A DNA stretch of 64,000 nt from an uncultured delta proteobacterium (GCA_963737265.1 CAVTRY010000013.1:416001-480000), one strand, 5' to 3'. Positions 31,488-42,056 are shown, numbered from the stretch's first letter. The notes: generated by a model not told the origin, from the sequence alone. Numbers and translations are program-made.

Positions 31488-33587
31488 GTGCCCGCTCAAC
31501 CTCTGTCCGGGGCAGTTCTCCGCCAGTCCATGTCCGCCAGGGTGGCCTTGACGGTTTCGGCTGCAGCGGCCGTCATCTTTCTGTTGGGTACTTTTCTTGC
31601 CTACTGGGGCAGCGAGGCGCCCTTTACGCAACGATTCGAAGCCGACTTGATCGCGCAGACGAATCTGGTTAGAGACGTCGTGGGCCGGTTCGACAACAAC
31701 AGCAAGAATTCGGCTACCCAGCTTATCGGTTTTCTCAAGGCCATGTTTCCGTCCGCCATCGCGGTGGAGCCGGGCAAGACCGTGAAGGTGGGTTCTGAGG
31801 TCACGCCCGTGCTCAAGTCCGGCGCGGTCGTGGTGAACAACAACTTCGCGCAGGTGGACGAGTTTACGCGCCGGAGCGGCGACAAGTCGGTGGCAACCAT
31901 ATTTGCCCGCCAGGACGACGAGTTTATCCGCATCAGCACATCGCTGAAGAAAGAAGACGGCGGCCGGGCAGTAGGCACGCGGCTCGACCACAGCCACCCG
32001 GCCTACCCATCCCTCCTCCAGAATGAAGTCTACACAGGGAAGGCGCGCCTGTTCGGTCGCGACTACATGACCCGCTACGAACCGTTCACCGACAGAACCG
32101 GCGCGGTCATCGGCATCTACTTCATCGGTTTCGAGATATCCGAGCCCATGCGCGAGCTGAAAAGGCTCATCCACGACATCAGGATCGTAAAGACCGGGTA
32201 CGCCTTTGTCGTCGACAGCCAGGGCAATGCCATCGTCCACCCTGCCAAGGAAGGCCAGAACATCTTGCACGCCAAGGCCGGCGACGGCCGGGAAATCGTC
32301 CAGGACATGGTCAAGCTCAAGCAAGGAATCGTTTCGTACTCGTGGATCAACAAGGATTTGGGCGAAACGCGGCCCCGACAGAAACTCACGACGCTGGCCT
32401 ACTACCAACCTTGGGACTGGATCATCGCGACCAGCAGTTACACTGACGAGCTCTATGGCGAATTGCGCCGTATGCGAAATGTCCTGCTCCTGCTCGCCGT
32501 CTTGGGGACAATCGCGGTCAGCTTCGTTGCCTATCGCTCGATCCGCAAGGCGCTCGCGCCGGTGGCCAACATCGCCGAACTGATGGGCCGCATCGGGCAA
32601 GGCGACGCCACCCGTGACGTGGATCCCAAGCTATCCGCCAGAATCGACGAGCTCGGAACCCTGGGCCGTGCCACGCAGGCCATGTCTACGAATCTGCGCG
32701 GGCTCTTGCGCGACATCGGCCAGGGGGTCGGGACTCTGTCCGGGGCATCGGCGAAACTTTCCAGCGTGTCAGAGCAGACCTCGCGGGACGTGACAGAGGT
32801 TTCCGGGAAAGCCACCAGCGTGGCGGCCACTGCGGAACAAGCCAGGGCCAACACCAGCAAAGTGGCGGCAAGCATGCGCGAGACCACGGCGAATCTTACC
32901 TTGGTGAGCGATGCCACAGCCCAGATGAGCGCGACCGTGGCCGAGATCGCCGCCAACTCGCGGGTGGCCCGCGCCATCAGCAGTCAGGCGACATCCCAGG
33001 CACAGTCGGCTTCCTCGCTCATGCAGCAACTCGGGCGCGCCGCGAAGGAGATCGGCAAGGTGACCGAAAGTATCACCAGCATCTCGGCCCAAACTAACTT
33101 ATTGGCGCTCAATGCGACCATCGAGGCGGCCCGAGCCGGGAGCGCGGGCAGGGGATTCGCCGTGGTGTCCAACGAGATCAAGGAGCTCGCCCAACAGACC
33201 GCGGCGGCGACCGAAGACATCAAGGCCAGAATCGGCGATGTGCAAACCTCGGCCGGCGGAGCCGTCAAGGACATCGAGGGTATCTCGAATATCATCCGCC
33301 AGGTGGGCGACATCGTGGCGGGCATTGCGTCCGCCATCGAGGAGCAAGCGGCGCTGACCAAAGACGTAGCCGAAAACATCGCACTCGCCTCGGCGGGGGT
33401 GAAGACGGCCGCGGACCAAATCAACCAGACTGCGATGGTTTCGGGTTCGATCGCCCAGGAGATCGCTGCCCTTAGCGCCGCCGTCACGGATATTCGCGAA
33501 GGCGGCGTGCTTGTTCAAAATAGCGCAACCGAATTGCACGGGCTGGCGGCCCAGCTAGGCACGCTAGTGGCAAAGTTCAAGACGTAG
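31488..33587 (+). CDS. Methyl-accepting chemotaxis protein with Cache sensor domains
   Basis: Two TM helices, RISTSLKKEDGGRAVGT (Cache_3/Cache_2-like), HAMP, QTNLLALNATIEAARAG. Confidence 0.93.
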   Translation: MPAQPLSGAVLRQSMSARVALTVSAAAAVIFLLGTFLAYWGSEAPFTQRFEADLIAQTNLVRDVVGRFDNNSKNSATQLIGFLKAMFPSAIAVEPGKTVKVGSEVTPVLKSGAVVVNNNFAQVDEFTRRSGDKSVATIFARQDDEFIRISTSLKKEDGGRAVGTRLDHSHPAYPSLLQNEVYTGKARLFGRDYMTRYEPFTDRTGAVIGIYFIGFEISEPMRELKRLIHDIRIVKTGYAFVVDSQGNAIVHPAKEGQNILHAKAGDGREIVQDMVKLKQGIVSYSWINKDLGETRPRQKLTTLAYYQPWDWIIATSSYTDELYGELRRMRNVLLLLAVLGTIAVSFVAYRSIRKALAPVANIAELMGRIGQGDATRDVDPKLSARIDELGTLGRATQAMSTNLRGLLRDIGQGVGTLSGASAKLSSVSEQTSRDVTEVSGKATSVAATAEQARANTSKVAASMRETTANLTLVSDATAQMSATVAEIAANSRVARAISSQATSQAQSASSLMQQLGRAAKEIGKVTESITSISAQTNLLALNATIEAARAGSAGRGFAVVSNEIKELAQQTAAATEDIKARIGDVQTSAGGAVKDIEGISNIIRQVGDIVAGIASAIEEQAALTKDVAENIALASAGVKTAADQINQTAMVSGSIAQEIAALSAAVTDIREGGVLVQNSATELHGLAAQLGTLVAKFKT

Positions 33588-33673
33588 TGCCGCCGGCGCC
33601 GTGACCTATGCGCTGGACCCTCGTCGTGGCTAGCGGACGATCTTGATCCGCCGACTGACTGGCGCTGCGGGCT

Positions 33674-33746
33674 TCCGATCAAGCCGTTGAAGCGGAAGGT
33701 CGGCCGCGGACGGCCGCCCGCAGCTGAACGGAAAAGCGTTCGGCAG
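33674..33746 (+). mobile_element. Integron attC-like site
   Basis: R'' tccgatc (degenerate), 5-nt spacer, L'' gttgaagc, GC hairpin cggccg-cgga-cggccg, L' gctgaac, R' gttcggc. Confidence 0.65.
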
Positions 33747-33753
33747 ACGGCAG

Positions 33754-34173
33754 TCATCTCGTCCAGTCAGCAATTTCTAAGTCATCGAAGTAGCGGAAGT
33801 CGTCGGTGTTTGCGGTGATGAGGGTTAGGCTCTCGCTGTGAGCGATGGCTGCGATTTGGCCATCCACGAATGGCGGCGTTCTTCCCCTCTCTTCGAGTCG
33901 GGCCCTTTCCCGTCCGTGCCATTCGGCCGCAGCATCGTCGTAGGGCAGAATGGGAAAAGACCGTCGCACCACACGATGGATGTACTCTTCCAAAGCGCTC
34001 TTCCGCTTGCCGGCCGGAAGCCGACCGCAGCCATAGATCAGCTCGTGCCAAACAGGCGCAGCAATAGCGCAATGATCGCTCTGTTGCTCAAGCTTTCTCA
34101 CGACACGCCGGTTGGGTATCTTCGCGATGGGCGCAGATATGATGGTCGTGTCGAGCAAGAATTTGAGTGTCAC
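33754..34173 (-). CDS. vapC: PIN-domain toxin VapC
   Basis: FLLDTTII, VWHEL, DGQIAAIA, LITANTDDF. Confidence 0.92.
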   Translation of the reverse strand: MTLKFLLDTTIISAPIAKIPNRRVVRKLEQQSDHCAIAAPVWHELIYGCGRLPAGKRKSALEEYIHRVVRRSFPILPYDDAAAEWHGRERARLEERGRTPPFVDGQIAAIAHSESLTLITANTDDFRYFDDLEIADWTR

Positions 34174-34448
34174 AGTCGGACTCGACGTCCCGGTTCTCGA
34201 TCGCGGATTGAGCCGAAGAAATCAGGTTCCAGACCAATCTCCTCCGGGGCATGTCGACCAAGGAACGCGCGGAATGCGTCGCCAAAGTTGGTGTGCTCGC
34301 TACGAAGCATGTCGTACCTTTGCGGGGAAAGCACCAGCGCCACTGCTCTTCCTCGCCGCGTCAGTTGCACGTCCTTGCCCGCCTCCACGTCATCCAGGAT
34401 GTCTGGAAGATGTGCTCTCGCGTCTGCAACGGAATAGCTCTTCGACAT
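34170..34448 (-). CDS. Phd/YefM antitoxin
   Basis: YSVADARAHL, LTRRGRAVA; overlaps the vapC start. Confidence 0.9.
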   Translation of the reverse strand: MSKSYSVADARAHLPDILDDVEAGKDVQLTRRGRAVALVLSPQRYDMLRSEHTNFGDAFRAFLGRHAPEEIGLEPDFFGSIRDREPGRRVRL

Positions 34449-34456
34449 TCTCAGAG

Positions 34457-34474
34457 TGTACATCTATTTGTACA
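34457..34474. promoter_or_regulatory. TA operator: two TGTACA palindromes 12 bp centre to centre
   Basis: tgtaca-tctatt-tgtaca just upstream of the antitoxin, YefM-type operator geometry. Confidence 0.7.
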
Positions 34475-34497
34475 TCTGGCAAGGTGTTCCTTCGACG

Positions 34498-34519
34498 CTG
34501 CCGAACAAGCCGTTGAAGC
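34498..34519 (+). mobile_element. Truncated attC-like site (R'' and L'' only)
   Basis: ctgccgaac-aagcc-gttgaagc; exact reverse complement of gttcggcag at 33738-33746. Confidence 0.6.
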
Positions 34520-34682
34520 TCTCGTAGGCAGCGCAAGTAAGAAGGGACAGGGATTGATCAGGCTACTGTGGGCACACGAGATCCGTTCCGCGGTCGGGAA
34601 GATGCGGCCGCTGGCGGTCGATACTGATGTCGCAATGTCCAGGGCAAGCGCGCAGACGCGCGACTGGGTGCGGTAGCGCTCG

Positions 34683-34870
34683 TCAGCCGGCGGCGGTCGC
34701 ATCGCAGGCGGCCAGCCGCCGCTCGAGGAACCGGCGCTCGGTCGGGTTGCGGGCCAGCGCGAGTGCCTCGCGGAAGCGATCACGGGCGCGTGCCCGCTGG
34801 CCGCGCGCCATCTCCATCTCGGCCAGCGCAGCGGCGTAGAACGGATAGTTCTCCAGCCGCTCGCGTCCGG
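34683..34870 (-). pseudogene. C-terminal TPR fragment of an ECF42-like sigma factor
   Basis: ERLENYPFYAAALAE...EALALARNPTERRFLERRL; no sigma domains upstream. Confidence 0.6.
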
Positions 34871-36449
34871 CGGACTTCACCCCACCTGCGGCCGAGCCCT
34901 TGGCTCGGCTGCTGATGACCTGTCCAATTTTTGGACAGTTCTTCAGCCGGCTCCCTGCCGGCTTCACCCCCTAGACGCGCGAGGATCCTCGGTCCGGACA
35001 TTTTTCTTTGTCTAGCTAGTGCTGCGCTGCGCCACCGGCGGCGTGGGATTTCTGGGCAGCTTGGCGGGAGGAGCCGTCGCCGGGCTCGCGTGCGGACCGG
35101 GAGCGCCCAATTGTGTCGGCATCGGGGTGTTCGTGGAACAATTTACCATGAGATTGAGGAACGACCACGCCAGCAGGAAGAAGAGCGTCGGAGACAGAGA
35201 CCCTGCGCACCCGACGCCAAATAGAACGTGGGAGACGCCACGGCCGGGGTTGGGATGCCACGGCCACCCTTCGTCAGCCGTCTGGGCGAGAGGTTTCGCC
35301 TTGGGCGACCGCTTGCGTCAGGCGCCCGCGGCTTCGCCACGCTTGCCGCAGGATTACGGTTCCGCCAGCGTCGCCGGCCATCGCCCACTATCATGTACCT
35401 TGCAGGTGATAGGCTGTCGATCACCATGGCAGACTACCCAGCAAAGCTCAGTGAGGCTGACGGAGGATCCTTTCAAACCTCCGGCAATTTCGGGGCGCCT
35501 ATTGTCACCCAGCCTGAGCAGCCACCTCGGCCGACCTGGGGCGGCGGCCGGGCGCCCTCCGACGCGGTCGATCTGCTGCTTGCGTTCGCGGATCTCTTCG
35601 TCCTCAACGATGTGATCACGGGCGCGTGCCCGCTGGCCGCGCGCCATCTCCATCTCGGCCAGCGCAGCGGCGTAGAACGGATAGTTCTCCAGCCGCTCGC
35701 GTCCGGCGGACTTCACCCCACCTGCGGCCGAGCCCTTGGCTCGGCTGCTGATGACCTGTCCAATTTTTGGACAGTTCTTCAGCCGGCTCCCTGCCGGCTT
35801 CACCCCCTAGACGCGCGAGGATCCTCGGTCCGGACATTTTTCTTTGTCTAGCTAGTGCTGCGCTGCGCCACCGGCGGCGTGGGATTTCTGGGCAGCTTGG
35901 CGGGAGGAGCCGTCGCCGGGCTCGCGTGCGGACCGGGAGCGCCCAATTGTGTCGGCATCGGGGTGTTCGTGGAACAATTTACCATGAGATTGAGGAACGA
36001 CCACGCCAGCAGGAAGAAGAGCGTCGGAGACAGAGACCCTGCGCACCCGACGCCAAATAGAACGTGGGAGACGCCACGGCCGGGGTTGGGATGCCACGGC
36101 CACCCTTCGTCAGCCGTCTGGGCGAGAGGTTTCGCCTTGGGCGACCGCTTGCGTCAGGCGCCCGCGGCTTCGCCACGCTTGCCGCAGGATTACGGTTCCG
36201 CCAGCGTCGCCGGCCATCGCCCACTATCATGTACCTTGCAGGTGATAGGCTGTCGATCACCATGGCAGACTACCCAGCAAAGCTCAGTGAGGCTGACGGA
36301 GGATCCTTTCAAACCTCCGGCAATTTCGGGGCGCCTATTGTCACCCAGCCTGAGCAGCCACCTCGGCCGACCTGGGGCGGCGGCCGGGCGCCCTCCGACG
36401 CGGTCGATCTGCTGCTTGCGTTCGCGGATCTCTTCGTCCTCAACGATGT
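34778..36449. repeat. 836-bp direct tandem duplication (34778-35613 and 35614-36449)
   Basis: Identical ORFs offset by exactly 836 (34780/35616, 34931/35767, 35016/35852, 35143/35979). Confidence 0.97.
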
Positions 36450-36545
36450 GGACGCCTTGCTCAAGCGAGCCGTCGAGCTGGTCCTGCGACCCATCGGTCT
36501 GGTGCGCGCCGGAATCTATCTCTACGACGAATCTGGGAAAGCAGG
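36262..36545 (+). pseudogene. N-terminal GAF-like fragment of a regulator
   Basis: LNDVDALLKRAVELVLRPIGLVRAGIYLYDESG, then coding character is lost; shorter copy at 35426. Confidence 0.4.
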
Positions 36546-36761
36546 CCAGCGCCTCGTGGCCCTGCGCGGTTACGGAAAGGTGTCCTTTTCTTTGCGTAAA
36601 CTACATCCGCCTACATGGCGAGATTATCCCTATGCCCAGCTCCGCCCCGCTCCCTGCGAGGACCTACCTTCTTCAAGGGCGGCGACGTTGGCAAGGCATC
36701 AGGGGCGATTTGGAGCCATAAGGGGCAACTCGGCTAATCCTGGCTGCTACACTCTGCGGAG

Positions 36762-38465
36762 GTGAAGTTTCTTACCAGTATTGCAATTATCCTAGCGACG
36801 CTGGCCGCGATTCTTGGTTTTTCGGTGGCGGGGGCTTTGCGCGAAGAGCAGCGCGCTCTCGACGAATTCGCGCTGGCCACGCGCCGGCAGGTTCACACCT
36901 CGGCGCATGCATTGTCGGCGCGCCTCGATTCGCTCGATCAAGATACGCGCATGCTTACCGACTTGGTCGAACGCTCGCGCAAACACCAGGATTTCGATCC
37001 GACCACCGATCGGCGCGTCTGGGAAAGTGCGTTTTACGCTCTGGCGGTGGTGGTGGCGCCGTACCGGGTCATCGCACTCGTCACTGCGGAGGGGGCGGCC
37101 GAGGTGGTGGCGGGCGATCCGACGGAAAGCGCAGTCACGATCGCGGCTGTGCTCGGGCCCGTGTGTGATCTCGGCCGGCAGGTCTCCGCGCGGCAGAAAA
37201 GGTCCCTCGGCAAACCATTTCCCTTCCAATCGCGCTCGTTTCTTCTTTACGGGGCGCCCGTGCAAGGCGGAGGCGCGATCGTGGTGGCCAGCGACGCCGC
37301 GAACTTCCTCGGCGCGGTGGCGTGGAATCCGCTGCTGGCCGCACAGTTGTTCGTCACCGATCCCGCGGGTGTGGTGTGGTCGGACTGCGAGACACCGAAC
37401 GGTTGCCACGTCTCTCGGCGGGCCGATGTCCCGCCGGGCGGCGAGTCCGTCGGACAGACCATCGCGGAATTGCTGCGCCAACAAGCGACCAGCGTAGCCC
37501 GAGGGCAAGCGCCCAAGGTCCATGTCAGCGAACGCGTCGACCGGCCCATGGGCAGTTGGGTCGTGACGTGGGTGACGTCGTCGCAGGACATCGTCAGCCG
37601 TTGGACTGCACTGCTTTCCCGTATTGTAATGACCGCAATCGCAGCCGCCTTGGCCGTGGGCGGATTGGGCGTCATGATCTTTCGCCAACAGCACCGCTCC
37701 GTCATCCTGGAAAATGAATTGCGCTACGCCCGCGCCTTGGCCAATACGCGCGATCTGGAAACCCAGTTGATGCGAGCGGAGAAGCTGGTCACGGTGGGGG
37801 TGCTGTCGACCGAGCTGGCCCATGAAATCGGCAGTCCGTTGGCCGTCATTCGCGGCCGCGCCGAGCACATCCTACGCGAGCTGACCAGCGGTCCGCGCGC
37901 CGAAGATCTGCAGGTCATCATCAAGCACATCGACAATATTTCGACGACGATCAGACACCTGCTGGATTTTTCGCGCCGGTCGCCGGCCGAGCGAACGCCC
38001 GTCTCGCTTGCCGACATTGTGGGACACACGCGGGATTTGCTACAGTGGAAACTTGATGCGACCCAGGTCCGGCTGGACGTGGCCCTCGAACCTGATCTGC
38101 ACCAGTTGCACGCCGACGCCGATCAGTTGCAGCAGGTGCTGGTGAACCTGCTGCTTAACGCCTGTGACGCGTCCCCGACGGGCGGAATCGTACTGCTTGC
38201 GGCCAGAAACGACGAGCCTGGAATGGTTCGCATTGACAGCATAGACTATGGTTGTGGAATTCCACCCGAACACATGCAGGCCGTTTTCGATCCGTTCTTT
38301 ACCACCAAACGGCGGGGCCAAGGCACCGGGCTTGGCTTGCCCATCGCTGCGAGCATCGTGCGCAACCATGGGGGACGAATCGACTTGGCCAGCGCTCCCG
38401 GCAAGGGAACAACGGTGATCATCCGATGGCCCGCGGCGCCCGCCCCAGGGGGTTACCATGCCTGA
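36762..38465 (+). CDS. Membrane sensor histidine kinase
   Basis: Two TM segments, LAHEIGSPL, QVLVNLLLNA, DPFFTTK, GTGLGL. Confidence 0.9.
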   Translation: MKFLTSIAIILATLAAILGFSVAGALREEQRALDEFALATRRQVHTSAHALSARLDSLDQDTRMLTDLVERSRKHQDFDPTTDRRVWESAFYALAVVVAPYRVIALVTAEGAAEVVAGDPTESAVTIAAVLGPVCDLGRQVSARQKRSLGKPFPFQSRSFLLYGAPVQGGGAIVVASDAANFLGAVAWNPLLAAQLFVTDPAGVVWSDCETPNGCHVSRRADVPPGGESVGQTIAELLRQQATSVARGQAPKVHVSERVDRPMGSWVVTWVTSSQDIVSRWTALLSRIVMTAIAAALAVGGLGVMIFRQQHRSVILENELRYARALANTRDLETQLMRAEKLVTVGVLSTELAHEIGSPLAVIRGRAEHILRELTSGPRAEDLQVIIKHIDNISTTIRHLLDFSRRSPAERTPVSLADIVGHTRDLLQWKLDATQVRLDVALEPDLHQLHADADQLQQVLVNLLLNACDASPTGGIVLLAARNDEPGMVRIDSIDYGCGIPPEHMQAVFDPFFTTKRRGQGTGLGLPIAASIVRNHGGRIDLASAPGKGTTVIIRWPAAPAPGGYHA

Positions 38466-39816
38466 TGCTCGCTTGCGTGCCCTCATTGTGGACGATGTGG
38501 TCGACATGGCGCAGACCATTGCCCGCGATCTCGAAAGCGCGGGATTTGAGGCGCTGGTCGCAGGTGGCGGAGCAGCCGCGGTGGACCTATTCGCCAAGCA
38601 GCCAACCGACGTGGTGGTGACCGACCTGCGCATGAAGAACATGGACGGCATGGCGGTGCTATCGGCGATCAAGCGGGCGGACGCCAGCGTGCCGGTGGTC
38701 ATCATGACCGCGTTTGGCGCCATCGAAAGCGCGGTCGAGGCCATGCGCCAGGGCGCATTCCACTACATCACCAAGCCCTTCGCGCTCGATTCCCTGCGCA
38801 TGCTCGTCGAGCGCGCCTGCCGCGAGAGCAGACTTGCGCGCGAGAACGCTCTCCTCCGTCGCAGCCTCAGCGACAACCTTTCCGTGCGCCAGCTTCTGGG
38901 CGACAGTCCCGCCATGCGCCGGCTGCGCGCGCTGATCGCGCGGGTTGCCGATGCAACCTCCGCGGTCCTCATTTCGGGCGAGACCGGCACGGGCAAGGAG
39001 TTGGTGGCGCTGGCGATCCATGCCGGCGGTCCGCGCGCCGAGCGGCCCTTTGTGGCGGTCAATTGCGCGGCTTTGCCCGAGCCATTGCTGGAAAGCGAGT
39101 TGTTTGGCCACGCGCGCGGGGCCTTTACGGGTGCCGCCAACAGCCGACGCGGTCTATTCGTCGAAGCCGAGGAAGGGACCATCTTCCTCGACGAGATCGG
39201 CGACCTGCCACTGCCGCTGCAGGGAAAGCTGTTGCGTGTGTTGCAGTCGGGCGAGGTCCGGCCGGTGGGCAGCGAGGCCGTGCGCACCGTGAATGTTCGC
39301 TGCATCGCCGCCACGCACAAGGACCTGGCTGAACTGGTGGCCAAGGGGCAGTTTCGCGAGGATCTGTTCTTCCGCTTGGACGTGCTTCGCATTGCCGTGC
39401 CGCCCCTGCGAGAACGCAGCGAGGATATTCCGATGCTGGTCGAACATTTTCTCCGCCGCAGTTTGGAGGGAATGTCACGTTCGGTGCTGGTGGGATTCGA
39501 GCCCGAGGCTTTTGACCTGCTAGCGACCTGTCCCTGGCCCGGCAACGTCCGTCAACTTGAAAACCTGGTCGAGCGCCTGGTGGTGACATCCTCGACGCCG
39601 CTCGCACGCATCGACGACGTGAAACAGGCTATGGGCCCATGCAGGGATGTGGACGCCATTCCGGGCCTGCTGCAAAACCCAATGACCTTGGCCGATCTTG
39701 AGGATCGCTACATCGAAGGCGTCCTCAAGAAAGTCGCCGGCAACAAATTGAAAGCCGCCGAAATCCTGGGCGTGGATCCGTCCACGCTCTATCGTCGCGA
39801 CAAACGCGGTTACTAG
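38458..39816 (+). CDS. Sigma54-dependent response regulator (NtrC family)
   Basis: REC, GETGTGKE, GAFTGA, FREDLFFRL, WPGNVRQL, HTH. Confidence 0.95.
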   Translation: MPDARLRALIVDDVVDMAQTIARDLESAGFEALVAGGGAAAVDLFAKQPTDVVVTDLRMKNMDGMAVLSAIKRADASVPVVIMTAFGAIESAVEAMRQGAFHYITKPFALDSLRMLVERACRESRLARENALLRRSLSDNLSVRQLLGDSPAMRRLRALIARVADATSAVLISGETGTGKELVALAIHAGGPRAERPFVAVNCAALPEPLLESELFGHARGAFTGAANSRRGLFVEAEEGTIFLDEIGDLPLPLQGKLLRVLQSGEVRPVGSEAVRTVNVRCIAATHKDLAELVAKGQFREDLFFRLDVLRIAVPPLRERSEDIPMLVEHFLRRSLEGMSRSVLVGFEPEAFDLLATCPWPGNVRQLENLVERLVVTSSTPLARIDDVKQAMGPCRDVDAIPGLLQNPMTLADLEDRYIEGVLKKVAGNKLKAAEILGVDPSTLYRRDKRGY

Positions 39817-41141
39817 AAGAAGACGCGCGAAACAACGATAAAAATGGGGCCGAGGATCGTGCCTGACCAAACGATGTAGGCGAAGAATCCCGGCATGCGT
39901 ACATGATGTTGTTCGGCGATGGCCTTGACCATGAAGTTGGGACCATTCCCTATGTAGGTCATGGCCCCCATGAACACCGAGCCACAGGAAACCGCGGCCA
40001 GCAAATGTTGTCCGACGGGATGGGCGGCCAGCTCGCCTAGGTTCGCGGCGCCGAGCTGGCCCCGGCCGGCGTCGACCACACCGCTGGCCAGGGATGCGAA
40101 CGTCAGGTAGGTGGGTGCATTGTCGAGCACACTTGACAGAGCCCCGGATGCCCAGAAGAACTGCCAGGGTTGGGTGATCCCGATCGAAGCGCCACGTTCT
40201 TCGAGGTATGACAGCGCGGGAATCATGGTGACGAAGACGCCGACGAAAACCGCGGCGACTTCAAGGATCGGCGCCCAGTTGAAACGGTTGATTTCGTGCA
40301 CATGGCGCGAGGTCGTCACGAAGGACATCACCGCCAGGGCCAGCGTGGCGCCGATTTGAACCGACGAGCGCAGAAAGCCCTCGCCCAAAGCACGGGTGCC
40401 AAAGGTTCCTATGACGAAAACGACGCCCACGATGCCGAGAAGCCACAAAAAGTTGAGGCCGCCGTCGATGCTGAGCGGCTCGTGCGTATCCGCCGCAACG
40501 GAGGTCGCACGCCGCGGATGTCGCCGTTCGCGCCGGTAAAGTACGGAGTCCAATGTGGCAAAGAGCACCAGCAAGATACCGTTGACCAGCGCCCAGGGGG
40601 CTGCCAGGCGAAGGGTCCAGGTGAAAGGTACGCCACGCAAGAAGCCGAGAAAAAGCGGCGGATCGCCAAGGGGTGTCAGCAGTCCCGCGCCGTTCGACAC
40701 GATGAAGATGAAGAACACCACCAGGTGCGTGGTGGAAGCCCGGTGTTGGTTTGCCCGCAGCAAAGGACGAATCAGCAACACCGAAGCTCCGGTCGTGCCG
40801 ATCAGGCTGCCGAGCACGGCGCCCACCACGAGACACGAGGTATTGACGAAAGGTTTGCCGACCAAGGAACCGCGCAAGCAGATGCCGCCCGAAATGGTAA
40901 AGAGCGCTCCCAGCAGGGCGATGAACGAGACATAATCGGTGCCAGTTTGCAGGAGCAGGGCGCCGCCACCCACGCGGACTCGAAATAGATAGAAGACCAC
41001 GGGAGCGGACAGCAAACTGGCGACCAGCAGCTTGTTGCGGTTGTGCTCCCAAAAGCGCCCAACCAGAAGCGGCAAGATTGCAATCAGCAGGAGGTAGAGT
41101 ACGAAGGGCGCAATGGCCCACGTCGGGGTTGCGTGGTTCAT
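39813..41141 (-). CDS. Putative sodium:proton antiporter (ion transporter superfamily)
   Basis: GTTGAS, LTPLGDPPLFLGFL, LDNAPTY, YIGNGPNFMVK. Confidence 0.85.
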   Translation of the reverse strand: MNHATPTWAIAPFVLYLLLIAILPLLVGRFWEHNRNKLLVASLLSAPVVFYLFRVRVGGGALLLQTGTDYVSFIALLGALFTISGGICLRGSLVGKPFVNTSCLVVGAVLGSLIGTTGASVLLIRPLLRANQHRASTTHLVVFFIFIVSNGAGLLTPLGDPPLFLGFLRGVPFTWTLRLAAPWALVNGILLVLFATLDSVLYRRERRHPRRATSVAADTHEPLSIDGGLNFLWLLGIVGVVFVIGTFGTRALGEGFLRSSVQIGATLALAVMSFVTTSRHVHEINRFNWAPILEVAAVFVGVFVTMIPALSYLEERGASIGITQPWQFFWASGALSSVLDNAPTYLTFASLASGVVDAGRGQLGAANLGELAAHPVGQHLLAAVSCGSVFMGAMTYIGNGPNFMVKAIAEQHHVRMPGFFAYIVWSGTILGPIFIVVSRVFF

Positions 41142-41984
41142 TCAGTGCTGCATGAAAAGTGGAATAGTCGTTTTCTCGACAAGTCCGCGCGTCGCCGAGC
41201 CGGAAAACAACTCGGCCAGCCTGGACCGCGTGAAGGTGCCCATCACCATCAGTCCGGCGCCGATGGTTTTCGCGAGCTGGGCCAGAGCATCGGTATTGGA
41301 TAGGGGCGACACCAGGTTGTGCAGCGTGGCGTGGACGCCGGCCTCGCGAAGAAGCTGTACCCCCTGGTTGGCCATGCGCCAAGCCAACTCGCCGACGTCG
41401 TCCACCGTTGCGAGATGAACATCGCGCGCCCGCGCCAGTCCGCTGGCGGCGAAGCTGTGCATGGCGCGTTTTGCGGCCCCGCTGCCGTCGTAGGCGACCA
41501 GGACCGTCCGGCCTAGGGTGCCGGCCTGCGCCGATTCGGGAACGAGAAGAACGGGTCTCGGGGCACGGTGGAGAATGGCATCCCGCGTGCGTGCGTCGGT
41601 TTCGTCGGTGGCGAAGCGAAAGTTCGCGTCGCGGCCAATCACTGTCAGATCGTGGGACTGCATTTCCTCTACGATGCTGGTCGCGGGTCGACCGACAATT
41701 TCCAAGGTGCGGGTTGAAACCTGGGCGGCTTGGCAGCGGCGGGCGAATAGCGCAAGCCAGTCAGCTGCATTCTTACGCGCCTCGGCAAGTAGAGATTCAT
41801 CACGTTCGTGCTTGAAGCTCGAGCCGCCAATGCCAGTCGCGCTGCCCGCGCGAATGTCCGGTTCGTCGATGATGGCCATTCCCACGATAGCGGCCTGGCA
41901 CTCGCGCGCAATGCCGACCGCGATGCGGGTCGCGCTTTCGCTACTAGCCGAACCTTCCAGACAAACAAGAATGCTTTTGATCAT
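41142..41984 (-). CDS. Tandem universal stress protein
   Basis: KSILVCLEGS, VLVAYDGS, LMVMG...FSGSAT. Confidence 0.88.
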   Translation of the reverse strand: MIKSILVCLEGSASSESATRIAVGIARECQAAIVGMAIIDEPDIRAGSATGIGGSSFKHERDESLLAEARKNAADWLALFARRCQAAQVSTRTLEIVGRPATSIVEEMQSHDLTVIGRDANFRFATDETDARTRDAILHRAPRPVLLVPESAQAGTLGRTVLVAYDGSGAAKRAMHSFAASGLARARDVHLATVDDVGELAWRMANQGVQLLREAGVHATLHNLVSPLSNTDALAQLAKTIGAGLMVMGTFTRSRLAELFSGSATRGLVEKTTIPLFMQH

Positions 41985-42056
41985 GGTGTCATCATAAAGA
42001 AACTGGGCCCTGAAGAGCACCGCCTCCCCAAGACCCAGCTAAGGAAGTAGTAGCTG

